This document shows positions 52,064-64,000 of a stretch of DNA of 64,000 nt, one piece after another; the first letter of the stretch is position 1, and every line of letters starts with the position of its first letter. A program made the position numbers and the translations under genes. Source of the stretch: the human T2T-CHM13v2.0 reference genome, Homo sapiens. The stretch lies in NCBI RefSeq assembly GCF_009914755.1, contig NC_060942.1. One strand, 5' to 3'. The notes under the pieces are model-generated. The model was not told the origin of the DNA, searched no databases, and was given only the letters and a program-made list of their open reading frames with translations.

Positions 52064-52365
52064 ATTTCTTAATTTATTTTTTGAGACAGAATTTCTCTCT
52101 TATTGCCCAGGCCAGAGTGCAATGGCGTCATCTCAGCTCACCGCAACCTCCAATTCCCAGACTCAAAGTCATTCCCCTGCCTCAGCCTCCCGAGTAACTG
52201 GGATTACAGGCATGCACCACCACGCCCGGCTAATTTTGTAGTTTTAGTAGAGACGGGGTTTCTCCATATTGGTCAGGCAGGTCTTGAACTCCCGACCTCA
52301 GGTGATCTGCCTGCCTTGGCCTCCCAGAATGCTGGGATTACAGGTGTGAGCCACTGTGCCTGGCC
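52064..52365 (-). mobile_element. AluSp-like
   Basis: ctcaccgcaacctcc, tttctccat, cccgacctcaggtgatc; TSD tagatatgtt. Confidence 0.95.
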
Positions 52366-52404
52366 TAGATATGTTATTTGAGCCACTATTTGGACTAAGA
52401 AGTA

Positions 52405-52650
52405 GTCAGCTATGATAGAAAGACCATTGGTTACTGGGATTAGATGATGTGACAGATTAGAAACAGAATTTAAATCTGTCTCGGCATTTACTAGCTATCT
52501 GATTTACAAAAATAAATCTGCATCTCAGTTATTGATCTGTAAATTGGAAATAAATTTCTACCTCATGCTTTCATAAGGACTAAAATAGATGCCATATGTA
52601 AACCACTACCTAGAGGGTCTTGAAACTTAGATACTTCTTAAAATAATGTA
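52405..52650 (+). mobile_element. MIR SINE
   Basis: catttactagct...ctcagttattgatctgtaaattgg. Confidence 0.65.
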
Positions 52651-53050
52651 ATAAGCATCTGACCTTGGTAACTGAAGTTTAGAATCCTCATAGCACTCTC
52701 ACATCCACATATAATTGTTCCTAGGAAATATTTCCTTGTGGTAGTTAGAACAAATAATATAATTTTAAAAACAGTTCCAGAGTGACAAGGCGACTTGATC
52801 ACTCAGCGTGGAAGTTCATTAGTGCAGGGATTTGAACCCAGGTGCTCAGGCTCCTGGCTCAGAGCTTTTCCTCCTATATCATAATGCATTTTTGAAGTCT
52901 GAGAGATACAATGCATTGTTATCATCAGTGTCAAATACCATCTTAGTTAAATTAGGCCGACCTAGGACAGAAGAGAAGGCAGACTTAAAAGTAGCTAATG
53001 TAATTTGGAATTGGTGGGAGTCAGGGAAACACCATCATCCTGGGATTGTT

Positions 53051-53755
53051 TGTTCTGGGGAAGCACTGCTGCATAGGATTCAGGACAGCTGGCCAGAAGC
53101 AGAGGGCATGAGAGACAAATTGTGTTCTGACACCAACTGTTGTGCTACAATACAACTCTGACACTAACCACACAGAGTTAGCACCACACTCCACAGGTTT
53201 AAGGACACAGCCCCTAAGAAACACTGTCCTCCCTTCAGACACCAGCTACAAGCAGGATTTCCAGACCAGACTTCCCACACTTCTGATGAACTGGCTACAA
53301 ATTCAGGGATTCCCACAACCCTGAGAATTCACTAGCATGACACAAAACTCAGGAGATTGCCACACTTATGAGTATAGTATTGTTCTAAAGAATACAAATG
53401 AGGACCAGGTAAATAAAGATATTTTGATGTGTTCACCAACCAGAAGAGCTCTAGGAATGTTCTTTGTGGTTTCATTGTAGAGGCATGATTGAATCATTGG
53501 CCACATGAAGAACTCAACCTTCAGCCCACCTTCCCTTCCTAGAATTAGGAACAGCTCAAAGTCCTAATTTTCTAGTTATGTCGTTGATCTCTGTGATGAC
53601 CAGCCCCTGTCTTGAATCATCTTATCTATTAGCATGAACTTAGGGGTGATCAAAGGGGCTCATTAACAGACATTTCTACCACTCTAGAAATTCGGAGGAT
53701 ATAAAGTATCCCATCCAGGAACCAAGCAACAAAGGTGAAATTCTTCATTATATGT
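53051..53755 (-). mobile_element. MER21-family LTR
   Basis: ttctgacaccaac, ctgacactaaccac, actggctacaaattcaggg, gatgtgttcaccaacc, tcattggcca. Confidence 0.85.
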
Positions 53756-54029
53756 TAAGTTGAAAAAATTGAAAGAAAAGGAAACAGATCCCTAAATCTG
53801 CTGATCCCAGGCTCACTTTTGGATCAGGCAATAGGAGTGGTTTTAAGGCAACCTTGGCCTACTTTACAGCTTTACCAAGAAGTTACAGATAAAACCAGGA
53901 AAATGTTAGTTAGTTGGAGGATTCAGTTTGGTGCAGTTTTTTCTGTTAGGTCCCATGGGCTTGAATTTGTAAATAAAAGCCACCATTCTCATTGCATTGA
54001 GCTTATTTGAATAACCTCTTATTATTTGT

Positions 54030-54440
54030 GCTGATTTTTTTTTTTAGTTCTTATTATGTTCTCACATTTAATACACATTTTGTTAGATTTTCACAATCAC
54101 TCTAAAGTCAGTACAATGTAGTAAGAATATAATGGAACAATGCTCTGTGGTGTTATGTTACTTGTCTAAAGTCACATGGGTTGTTAATTGCAAATTTGGA
54201 CCAAACAAAGATGAAAATCCCACGATTTGTTTTCTGCAAGGCTTGAGTTTATCTCTGTTATATGATTTCAGGTCAAGTTTGCCTAATCTTTTGCTGTGTC
54301 AGTCTCTTATCTTTGAAATGGGATGCAATCAATTTATTGATTGCTGTGAAGACTCTGTGATGGGGTGTGAAGTATGGGGAATATTTTGCATGGAGCTTGA
54401 CATATCATAAGCCCTCAATAAACATTGGGTATTAGTTATT
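54030..54440. mobile_element. Two oppositely oriented MIR relics
   Basis: acttgtctaaagtcacatgg (-) followed by ctgtgtcagtctcttatctttgaaatggg...ctcaataaac (+). Confidence 0.6.
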
Positions 54441-55149
54441 AACTACACAGTTAATAAAACCCACATCAACTAAGTTCTAATACTTTTCCTACTGCCATTA
54501 AAAAGAAAGAAAACCTTCACTTTTGAGGAATTAGGGGGCTGATAAGTTCTGGTTCTTTTACATCTTTTAAGTAGGTGAGGAGATAATAGTATCTTCCTTG
54601 TTTGATCCCATAGTTACTTCACCTTGGGTGCATTATGTCAATGAAGGGCATTAGAAAAGGTCTGTTCTGTTTTGTTTTCTCAGACATGAGATTTGCTGAA
54701 TGAGAAAACTCAAAGACAGATCAGCTATACATGAATTTTTCATTTTTGAAACATTTTGAATCTCTTAATTTTCAGTTTATGCCACCTCTTCACAGAGACT
54801 AATTCCAAATTCCTACCAGCCATAGTAAAATCAGACAGCCTTGTGTTTTTCTTTCTGCTTCAGGTTTAACAGTGCTTTCTCCACTTGGGATGTTTTGGGA
54901 ATTGGCCACCCAACCAGGGGTTTTCTCTTTTGTTTAAGGATCTTATAAACTTTTGTTCTATGCCTTGCCAGCCATATAACCTTTCATCTTAAAATCACGT
55001 AACCTTTTATCTCTGTAAATGTGTTTTCATTCGGCTTAAAAAATATCTTTGAGGAGGTGTTTGGTCTAAATCCAGTACATGCAGATTCTTTGAAACAATT
55101 AGCAAATGGATGAGAATACTTATGAATGTGATGGTTCTTTCAGAAAGGC

Positions 55150-56190
55150 ACTAACAACTATTTTAAGTAAAGGACATGAGAAGAAAGCATGAATGAATTC
55201 TTTTAAATTACAGAGTGAGAATTTTTTTAAGTTGACATAAAATCCAAAATCCCATAATGCCAATAAATTTGAATATATGAAAATTAGGGGGAAACAGATG
55301 CCATGACAAAAGGCACCTGAAGGAAAACCATAGACTAAAAATATATTTGTAACTCCCACTACTAAAACCAGAAAAGGCAAATTCCACTAATATTAAAAAA
55401 ATCCTCAATCAATAAATAACAGACCAATAGAAAAATGGACAACGTATATATTATCCAAAAATAAATATAAGATGCTTCCAATGTATAAAATAATAAGTAG
55501 GATTCAAAATAGAAAAATGCAAACTAAAACAGCTTTGAGCTACCATGTACAATCTATTAGATTAGCAATGATATAATAAATAAAAATTTAATTAAACACT
55601 ACAAACATATATTTTTGTTGAAGTGTTGATTGTTATAATTTATATGGAGGGAGATTCGACAATGGCTATCAAAATTAAAAATATATTTCCTCACTGATGC
55701 AGCAATTCCATTGCCAGGATAATATCCTACAGATGTTTGTCAAATGTGATTAATGGCACGTTACTTCTAATAGCAGAAGTTTGTGACAATCTTATTGTGT
55801 ATCAATAGGAAAGACTTAAAAAAATTATGGTAGATTTATACAAAGAAGTACAATGCAGCAATAAAAAAGAATGATATAATATTTCTATATTGATGGAAAT
55901 GATCTCTAAAACACCTTATTAATTAAAGGAAGTTACAAAAACACGTGTAAAATATAGTCAGTAACTTCTGTGTAACATGATAGGAAAAAAATATTTTTAA
56001 TATATTTTTATAGAACTTGCCTGAATTTACTTGGTGTATCTCTGGAGGGATGCCCAAGAACCTGAGACTACAGGTTTTTGTGGAGACGGGGAACTGGTTG
56101 GCATGTGAGTTCATGTGGAGACTATTCACCATACTTCTCTTTTGGGTTTTGAGCTATTTTAATCCCTTGCATATACAAAATCTAAATTTT
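55150..56190 (+). mobile_element. L1ME-type 3' relic
   Basis: aaaatgcaaactaaaacag, gcagcaattcca, caatgcagcaataaaaaagaatga. Confidence 0.8.
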
Positions 56191-57472
56191 AATGGAAGTT
56201 AGAAATAAGCAACAGATATGTCATTGTTATTTTTAATATTTTTTAGTTAAAATTAAAAACTTAATGTAAAATCCTATGTCAATGCATTCAGATATATGAA
56301 AATTAAGAGGGAAAATATTTTCTCCCCTAATTTCATCTACCATATTTTTCTAATGGCTGTCCTGATGAATGAACAAAATACTTAACACAGAGAGAGGTAT
56401 GGGGAGCAAAAGAGAACCATAAATCCATGTTATAAGACACTTCTTAAAAGTTAGTGGGAAAAATATTTATCAAATTGTTGTCTAAGTTAAATCTAGGACT
56501 CCACTTGCCTATTTCCTGAGAAACATAGGTCCCCTGCACATGGAAATGTCCAGATTTTCTATTGCAGAGGCTAGGGAAGAGGAAGGCCAGTCATGGTTAG
56601 GAGTTGGTCTCTCAATATTTCTCAGTTTGCTAGGGATCTTGAACAAGCTATTGGCGTGTCCCAGTTTTTTACTTTGGATCCCTAATGAGAATCTTTCATA
56701 CGGGAAAATTTAATAGAAAAAGATATTATACCATTTGAGGAAAGGTAACCTCTTTTTCATTTTTTTCGTTAAGGGAAGATTTCATTCATTAGGATTAATA
56801 GGCCAGAACTCTCTGTAACACTTTCTTCCACCCTCCCTTTATTCACTTACTAGTCTATTTGTCCATTCCAGCCACCTCTCTCCTTCCCTAGACCTCTGAG
56901 GTCTGGGGAATCAATACACAAAAGTCCTGGCACAGGCAAGCAAAGAAATAGAGGTTCTCTCCTTAATCTCCATATGAATGACACATCAATGGCCATGACA
57001 TTATCCTTGTCCCACTACAGGTTTCATTTCCTAGGTACCACATGAGGATGAATCAGGTTCAGTCTTCCAGGGCCACACTTACCACATCTAAATAATTGTT
57101 ATATATTTGCCATTCTTACTGTCATTATTAATGATATCTACTGGTGGGGGTACAAACAAGATACAATCCAGAGTGATGCTTTATGAGCTCCTTGGAGCAA
57201 AGTGCCACATAAAAACGAAGGAGTTGGTGATAGTGCAGAAAGACAGGATGGCAGAGTTACAAGGGAGTTGCTTTTACTCAGAGAAGGGAGGAGTATTAGT
57301 GCTTTTATAGTGAATGAGCTGGGTAAGGAGCCCTTATAAAGTTATAAACAATTAGCCCTCTCAGCCTCTGAAGATGGTGATCAGTTTCCAATGAAACAAT
57401 GGACAGGAAAGTGTTTTGCATATATTATGCCGAGTATGTCTTAGCATTTTAGGAGTGTTTTGGAATGATGGG

Positions 57473-57976
57473 TGTCACTGGTCAGGTTCCTTTGGAAACC
57501 TACTCTGAGACAGAGATTGACACACATATGGTTCAGTGGTGAATACTCTTAGGAATAGTACCTGTTGGAGGGGGATGATGAATGTAGGATCAGACAGAAA
57601 GAGCAGTTGTACTAAAATGCAGTAGCAGCAGAGGCCCAAGCCAATTCTACTGGGATCTGGGATTTGCCCTAAAGAAATAACCCAAATTAGGGCAAAGGGG
57701 CCAGGCTTTTATATCCCTTAGTATTTTGCCGTTACTGCAGACAGTTTTAAAAAAAGAAGGCATTCCCGAGGGAGAGGGTGTGATCTTGGACAAAGCAGCT
57801 CTTTAGCCAGCCAAAGGCAGGTTTTGGAAAAGGGACAAGCTACCTATACTAATATTCCTACCTAATATTACCTACACTAATATTAGCTACTTACAGTAAT
57901 ATTCCCAACACCTGGGGAAATGAATGCTTCAGTCATGATGGTGGGCTTCTGGTCAACTTTCATAGCACCCAGTACA
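57473..57976 (-). mobile_element. LTR16-family (ERVL) LTR
   Basis: actctgagacagagatt...gcagaggccc...cccaaattagggcaaaggggccaggc...gaaatgaatgcttcagtc. Confidence 0.8.
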
Positions 57977-58699
57977 AATGGGGCTGAACAGGTTAAAGAT
58001 GGGATTGTAATCACAAACACCTGCACATATGAAAAATTCAGTTCAGACTAGTCACCTTTCCCTAAGAATAGTATGGATCCAATGCATCTCTTCTCAGAAA
58101 AAGAACACCATGTGACTGATCTGTGTTATTCTAACAGTCACTTCCAGAATTTCTCAGGAATCTGATAGAGGTGGATTTGTGTTTGGCACTGACATTTACC
58201 TGCATTCCTGGCACAGGTCTTCGTCTCCTCAAAAACACACCTGAGAACTCAAATAGCTCACAGTTGGAACTGCCGGCAATCTTACGTGTGATGACAAAAT
58301 GGAAAGGTTCAAGCCAAGAAAAATGTAAAAAGACATACGGCGTGACGGATGATGCCTCATTCCAAGAAAGCCACAGGAAAGTTAATCCACCCTTACCTGA
58401 GGGCATTCAAGTACGAAGAAAACACACATCGCAGCCAAGCCCTTCCCAGTCAGCGGGACCAGAAGCAGTCCTGGCCATGTGCGGGGGTGGAGGAAGTGAC
58501 TGCTACTCCCTGTGACTTAGAGGGGCCATCAAAGCCCTAGGGTCCCAAAGTAGTTCCTCCAGATGTAATTTATTTCCTGAAATTCCACCATGCCCTATTT
58601 ATGGCTCTGATCCTTGTTTGAAAATATAATTCCTTTCACAATTATCTGTCCTAAAAAGGCAGGGACAGGGATTCATGAGAAGTCGGTTTATGCTAATTA

Positions 58700-58790
58700 T
58701 GCCAGGAACTAACCATGTGACCTTGAATAAGCCTCTTCTCTCTGGGACTCGGATTCTGTAGTCTGGTACAGTGTCTGTGATTCTGATGGC
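58700..58790 (+). mobile_element. MIR core
   Basis: actaaccatgtgaccttgaataagcctcttctctctgggactc. Confidence 0.6.
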
Positions 58791-59015
58791 TTTGGCTTTT
58801 TGTAGCATATGTGTAGCCTCTCACTACTGCGGACTCCAGACCATCTTTATGTGCTACCACCACTTATTTTAAAAATTCTGATTTGGTTTTATTGCTGATA
58901 TTGGGTATCTGACAACTTCTGTTTCTAAAATGTGACAAAATGTTTGGATCGTTGAGCCAGCATGCCCAACTCAGGAAAACTTTTGTGCCTTTTCCAGGAA
59001 AAGCTCTCCCATTAG

Positions 59016-59020
<5 letters not shown>

Positions 59021-59072
<52 letters not shown>
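59021..59072. repeat. (GT)26 microsatellite
   Basis: Direct reading. Confidence 0.98.
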
Positions 59073-59076
<4 letters not shown>

Positions 59077-59214
59077 CTCAGGGGAAGGGAGAATATGCAG
59101 AACCTGCTTCCAAGTGTGAGCTTTAGTCACATTCTCTGAAATCTTTCTGTGTGTTACCTTACAGCTCCACCAAGACAACTGATCAAGAAGCCCCTGCAAA
59201 CAGGAGGGGTGGGA

Positions 59215-59228
59215 GTCTCCATGGAAAC
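59215..59228. promoter_or_regulatory. Candidate RFX X-box
   Basis: GTCTCCATGGAAAC fits the palindromic X-box pattern GTYNCCATRGNAAC. Confidence 0.4.
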
Positions 59229-59389
59229 TCCACAGTTCCCAGAGTAAGGTACAGGCTTGCCCTCATCACATCTTTTCAACTCACCTTTCTCATTCGCACT
59301 TCAGTGTCCCATAGTGACTGGTATGTTTTATTTTGAATACATGGTTAAATAAATGGATGAATGGCTAAAAAGAATGAATGAGAATGAAA

Positions 59390-59803
59390 GACAATCAGTT
59401 TCCCAGCAGAAACCAAGGGAGATGGGATTCTAAAGAAAATTACTTGCTGAACAGGGTTAAGGAAATCAACAAAGGATATTGAGGCTTCCAGGGACTAATC
59501 ACAGCAAGAAGCCATTGCCATGCCCCCAGCTGAAGAGCCATCTAGAAGGCAGAGAGAGAGAGAGGCATAGCTGCTGCTAGACCGTGATAACAAAGCAAAG
59601 TGGGGAGAAGGCAGAGGAAGACATGCCTGGAGTCTTTCTTCTTTCCTTTCATCTTTTACTGGTTTATCCTACTGGCCAAACCCAGCTAGAAGCCAGAAAG
59701 CAAAGGGGGTACCCAGCATTCAGCCTTTAGAAATCAGCACCCAGCATTCTCGAGGACAGAGCAGCGAGTTATAAATGGGGATATAAATGGAGAATAGCAG
59801 CAC
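59390..59803 (-). mobile_element. LTR33-like (ERVL) LTR
   Basis: cagggttaaggaaatcaacaaagga...ccagggacta...actggccaaacccagctagaagccag...agcaca. Confidence 0.7.
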
Positions 59804-60114
59804 AGAGAATACAAAAGCAATTTTTCATGGAGGAAAAACTTCATGTAGGCATAAGATCCTAGAAGAAAGAAGATTCATCAGGAGAAAGACAAAAAAGTCA
59901 CATGGAGATGGTGGAGAGAGTGTCAACTAATTCTAGTTATGTGGGCTTTAGAAATAACTGGTCAGGACTGATACTGCATTTAAAGAATCTTAACTGATTT
60001 TCCTTTGATCCAAGATATTCTCAAGGAGTATTCTTGAGTGCCTAGTGTACTCTCCAAAGGGACAAGCTTAGACAGTATCACTTTTTAGAATAAAATAATT
60101 TAAAGAATAGTCAT

Positions 60115-60330
60115 TTCCTAATGATTTCATTTGTACTAGGCACCATGCTAGAAGACTTATGTGAATGATCTAATTTCATTCTCACAAAATCTGTGAGAGA
60201 CAGATTCTAATCTCTGCTTCACAGTTGAAGGAACTGAGATTAACAGTGGTAGGGTGAGTTGCTCAAAGTCATATAGCTAGGAATTGAGAGAGACAGGTTG
60301 GTTTGACTACAAAGCCATTTTTTCCTCCCA
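60115..60330 (-). mobile_element. MIR SINE
   Basis: tactaggcaccatgcta...ttcacagttgaaggaactgag...gctcaaagtcatatagctag. Confidence 0.8.
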
Positions 60331-60720
60331 GTTATGGGTTAATTACTCCACTATGCTGGTTTGGGTTTGAATCTTCTGTGACCTTTTCCTAAAATTACCC
60401 TTGAGCAACTGGATTCAACTAGATTTGTTCTTACTGACTACTACAGGTAACTACTGAGTGAGTTTTGATAACTCCACTAGAGGACTAAGGAGGAAATGCA
60501 TGTAACTTAAGAAGATCACATACAATCAATCAATCCAGAAAGCCCAGCATTTTGTTTACCATCTAAGACTATGTAGAGACATTGGTGTATCAAGGGAAGA
60601 CACCTGGTATGTTAGGGTCCTATGCTGCATATCAAGTTAATTAGAACCTACATCTTACTATAGCTTCAAAACAGGACAGTATAGTAACATACTCAGATTG
60701 TGGTAAGAGAGAGAAGCTAA

Positions 60721-61514
60721 TGATGGGATGTAGAAAATGCTACCCGAAAACATTGCACTTTGAAAATTGAGAAAACAGCAGAAGCAGGAAGGGTACTTCC
60801 ACTTTCCTCCCATCCTTCTTCCCTGAAGCAGGCCATATAACATAGTCTGACCATTTTCCTCCCTTCTCCCTAGTAGATCCTTATGTGACAGGTGTCCTGC
60901 CCTATACTCAGAGGGAAGAAATGTAACACAGGGATGCCAAAAAGAATCTGAACTAACAAGCCTTGCTAAGTTCACCCCACTTTATTACCTTTAGATCATA
61001 CCCTTTATGATTCTTCAGTCCTGCTTCTGCATGACTGTCCATAAAAATACACAAATTTCCCTTTTCCTTTGGGTCTTCATTTCTGAAAACTCCTATGTCA
61101 TATAAAACTTATATATTGGCTGGGCATGGTGGCTCACGCCTGTAATCCCAGCACTCTGGGAGGCTGAGGCAGGCAGATCACGAGCTCAGAAGATCGAGAC
61201 CATCCTAGTTAACGTGGTGAAACCCCGTCTCTACTAAAAATACAAAAAATTAGCCAGGCGTGGTGGTGGGCGCCTGTAGTCCCAGCTACTCAGAGGTAGA
61301 GGTGGGAGAATGGCTTGAACCTGGGAGGCGGAGCTTGCAGTGAGCCGAGATCATGCCGCTGCGCTCCAGCGCAGGTGACAGAGCAAGACTCCATCTCAAA
61401 AAAAAAAAAAAAAAGTACATTTCTATGTTTTTTCCTTGTTAATATGTTTTGTTATAGATATGTCAGCCATGAACCTGGCAGTGAGGGAGAAGACAGTAGT
61501 TTTTCTCCTCTGCA
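60721..61514 (+). mobile_element. MER39-family (ERV1) LTR interrupted by an Alu
   Basis: aattgagaaaacagcagaagcaggaagg...gtgacaggtgtcctgccctatac...gggtcttcatttctgaa...tgtcagccatgaacct. Confidence 0.8.
61118..61414 (+). mobile_element. AluY-like
   Basis: atcgagaccatcct, gggcgcctgtagtcc, gaatggc, ggcggagcttgcagtg; A17 tail. Confidence 0.93.
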
Positions 61515-61689
61515 GTTTCCAGCATTCTGGGTGAGCTTTCCATTGCTCCCAGTATCAGCATTGAGGAGAGTAGATTTCCACATGTGCTTGTGTTGTCTAG
61601 AGGGCTCTCTTTCTTTCCATCCATCTTTCTCGCCCTGCCCACACATAACCTCCATTGTGCTCCCTATGTATTGCTCTATGCCTTTAGGA

Positions 61690-61810
61690 TGAGACGTATC
61701 ACACTGTGTTCTAAATATTTACCTAGCTCTCTCTGCAATTAGAACATAAGCTTCTTGAAAGCACAGCCTGTGTCTTTTTATTATCTTTGAATCATTTGCC
61801 CTAGCACCCT
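61690..61810 (+). mobile_element. L2 3' fragment
   Basis: tagaacataagcttcttgaaagcacagcctgtgtc...cctagcac. Confidence 0.65.
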
Positions 61811-62669
61811 ATGTTATCTTTAGAAGGCAATTATTCCTGTAATTGGATTGTGGTGATTGATTACAACACTTTGAAAAATAAAAATCACTATTCATATGTG
61901 GGTTATTATCTTTGTGACATTTAAAAGCATAGTTGAACTCCTTCAACTTTTGTTCCTGGACTGAATTTTTGTATGTCATATTATCATTTAAATGCGGAGG
62001 AGGAACTAGCTTTCTTAGGAACATTTTGGTGAATACTCTTGTAAAAGAGAAAATCACCTTGGAGTTTAAGAGAATTCTGATTTACATACATCAGGTTTGA
62101 TTCAAGCAGTGAGGATCTGTATGTGGCAGGATGGGGAAAGCTGGGAAGCACAGCTTTTGAGACTGGAATGGAATTTACTACGTATTTTTAAAGTACAAAT
62201 TGCATCTTTACGTGGTGAAGTCCATGTTGTAATGATGGAAAGCAAATCTGTATCTTTGTAACCAGGTTTCCATCACAATGATCTTAAAACCACTAAAAAA
62301 TAGAAATGCCATGTGAAAAACATAGGAAGAAAAATCACACATAACTTCTCATTTTATGAATAACTTTCTTTTTCTGAATTTATTCAACATCAACTTGCCT
62401 TGTATAATAATAAATATGAATGTTCCAGGGGTGAAGGTGAAGCTTTTTTCCTTCTTTTTCTCTCACTATTCCTCTTCAGACAATAGAAGTGAAGTGGTAG
62501 AAGGGAGAGAGATAGTAGGAAAAGTGAATTAGAAATTGTGGGGCAGTTAAAAAGGAGGCCAAAAATAACACTATTCAAGTCTAATGGAACAGATACGTAA
62601 CACTGGTAGAAGACAATGTTTGCATTATTTTTTTCAACAAAGACTGATACATAAGGTAATTATTCTCTG

Positions 62670-62785
62670 ACTCATTCATTCAACACATAATTAGTTATTG
62701 AATAATCACTTGTTTGGGGCATTAGGCATAAAGAAGTAAACAGCATTTGGCATGGTCTTGTGGAGTTTATTATTAAGGTGTTAAG
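62670..62785 (-). mobile_element. L2 3' fragment
   Basis: ctcattcattcaacac...ttattgaa...cttgtggagtttat. Confidence 0.6.
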
Positions 62786-64000
62786 AGGGACACCTCCATT
62801 CTGGTGGGTCCTGGAGGTAATTCTACAACATTGTCTGATTAATTTATTCAGCCACTTTGTGTCCTCCTACCCATCTCATGAAGGATGAAGTGGGACAAGA
62901 GCTAAGCTGTCACTGGGATTCATCCTGGAAGAGAGGGTCCGTGCACCTAATCAGATGCCATAGCAGTAGTTCTCTGAATCCAAGACATGGCCTGGGGACT
63001 TCTGGGGACACACACACACATCCCGACTGATGTTTCAGTTTAGCCTGCCTAGTCCTTCTCACATTTGAGGGGTAGGGAAACAGAGTCACTATCTTCTTAA
63101 AAAGTCATTTTTATTTATTGAAATTTAATATTAATGATTGTTATAAAACTTCTACTTGATTACAAAAATTACAGAATCATACACCTTTATGGATACACAG
63201 TCCCATACACCTTTCTAAAGATATAAGAAAAGCACAGTCTTTTACCCTCAATATTTTCTCTTGTGACTGGACCTGCAGTCTCAATCAAAAGAAAATTTTC
63301 TGAAAGGGCGTACGCCTCCAAGCTTTGAGAATACCTGATGTGCTCACGCTGACATGCTTTAGTTTGCTATTGTACCTTTTTATACTTAGCTAGGCCCACT
63401 GCCCTCTTTTCCAGTGTTTGCCCCTGGTAGCATCCTGCTGAGTCCTTCCCCTTCTCCCCACTCACAGCAGCAACAGACTTCCTTCTTAAGCTTACTGACA
63501 AGCAGCTCAGACACTGGAGCTGATCCAACCCTTTCCTGCCCCTTCCAGGATCTGTTTCCAAGTTTTCCATAGTAGTCGCTGTGAGCACATACTGAGCTGG
63601 TGCCACACCTGCAAACATTTCTTTCACAGCTAACAGAGGCTCCAGCCCTGATTTCTCTCCAGCTGGTGACAAACGTTATAATGATAAGACCCTTCTGTTC
63701 ACGACGTTTGACTTTACCTTGACTCTTAAAATATCCATCAAGAATTGCATTTTTTAAAAAAATGAGAGTGACTTGATGCCTCATTGTTCTTAAAGGTGGG
63801 TGGTTCTAAGCCAATGAAAATTGACTAATGGCAAGGAGGAGGGGGTGCAGTCAGAGCTCATTAAAACAGTGATGCATTTGAAACTTGTTTCTAAGAACAA
63901 TTGGTTATCTCCATTGACAAGGAGTCAGTGCAGGGTTAATTTTCTCATTGTCTTTGTTCTGGCTGTTCCTAGTCTCTTGATACTTCCCCAATAGGATGTA

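Overview
This window is AT-rich, CpG-depleted primate (human-like) non-coding DNA, either intergenic or deep intronic. I recognise no intact protein-coding gene, RNA gene or prokaryotic system. The supplied ORFs are chance or repeat-derived. Roughly half of the window is interspersed repeat: about 10 Alus (J, S and Y types), many MIR and L2 relics, and a ~15 kb cluster of nested ancient L1 fragments (29.9-45.2 kb). It also holds MaLR LTRs (THE1, MLT1), ERV1/ERVL/ERVK solo LTRs (LTR8A, MER34/MER39, MLT2A, MER21, LTR16, LTR33, LTR3B) and DNA transposon fossils, including a near full-length HSMAR2 mariner whose D,D34D triad is still readable. The most interesting non-repeat signals are a compact T-box/MEIS/GATA/NKX/E-box motif cluster, a candidate exon ending ATG|GTAAGT, tandem G-U-containing hairpins, a CpG-retaining patch, an RFX X-box palindrome and several perfect inverted repeats that look like template-switch products. 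Subfamily names come from recalled consensus sequences rather than a RepeatMasker run. Boundaries of old elements are approximate, and I cannot identify the locus.
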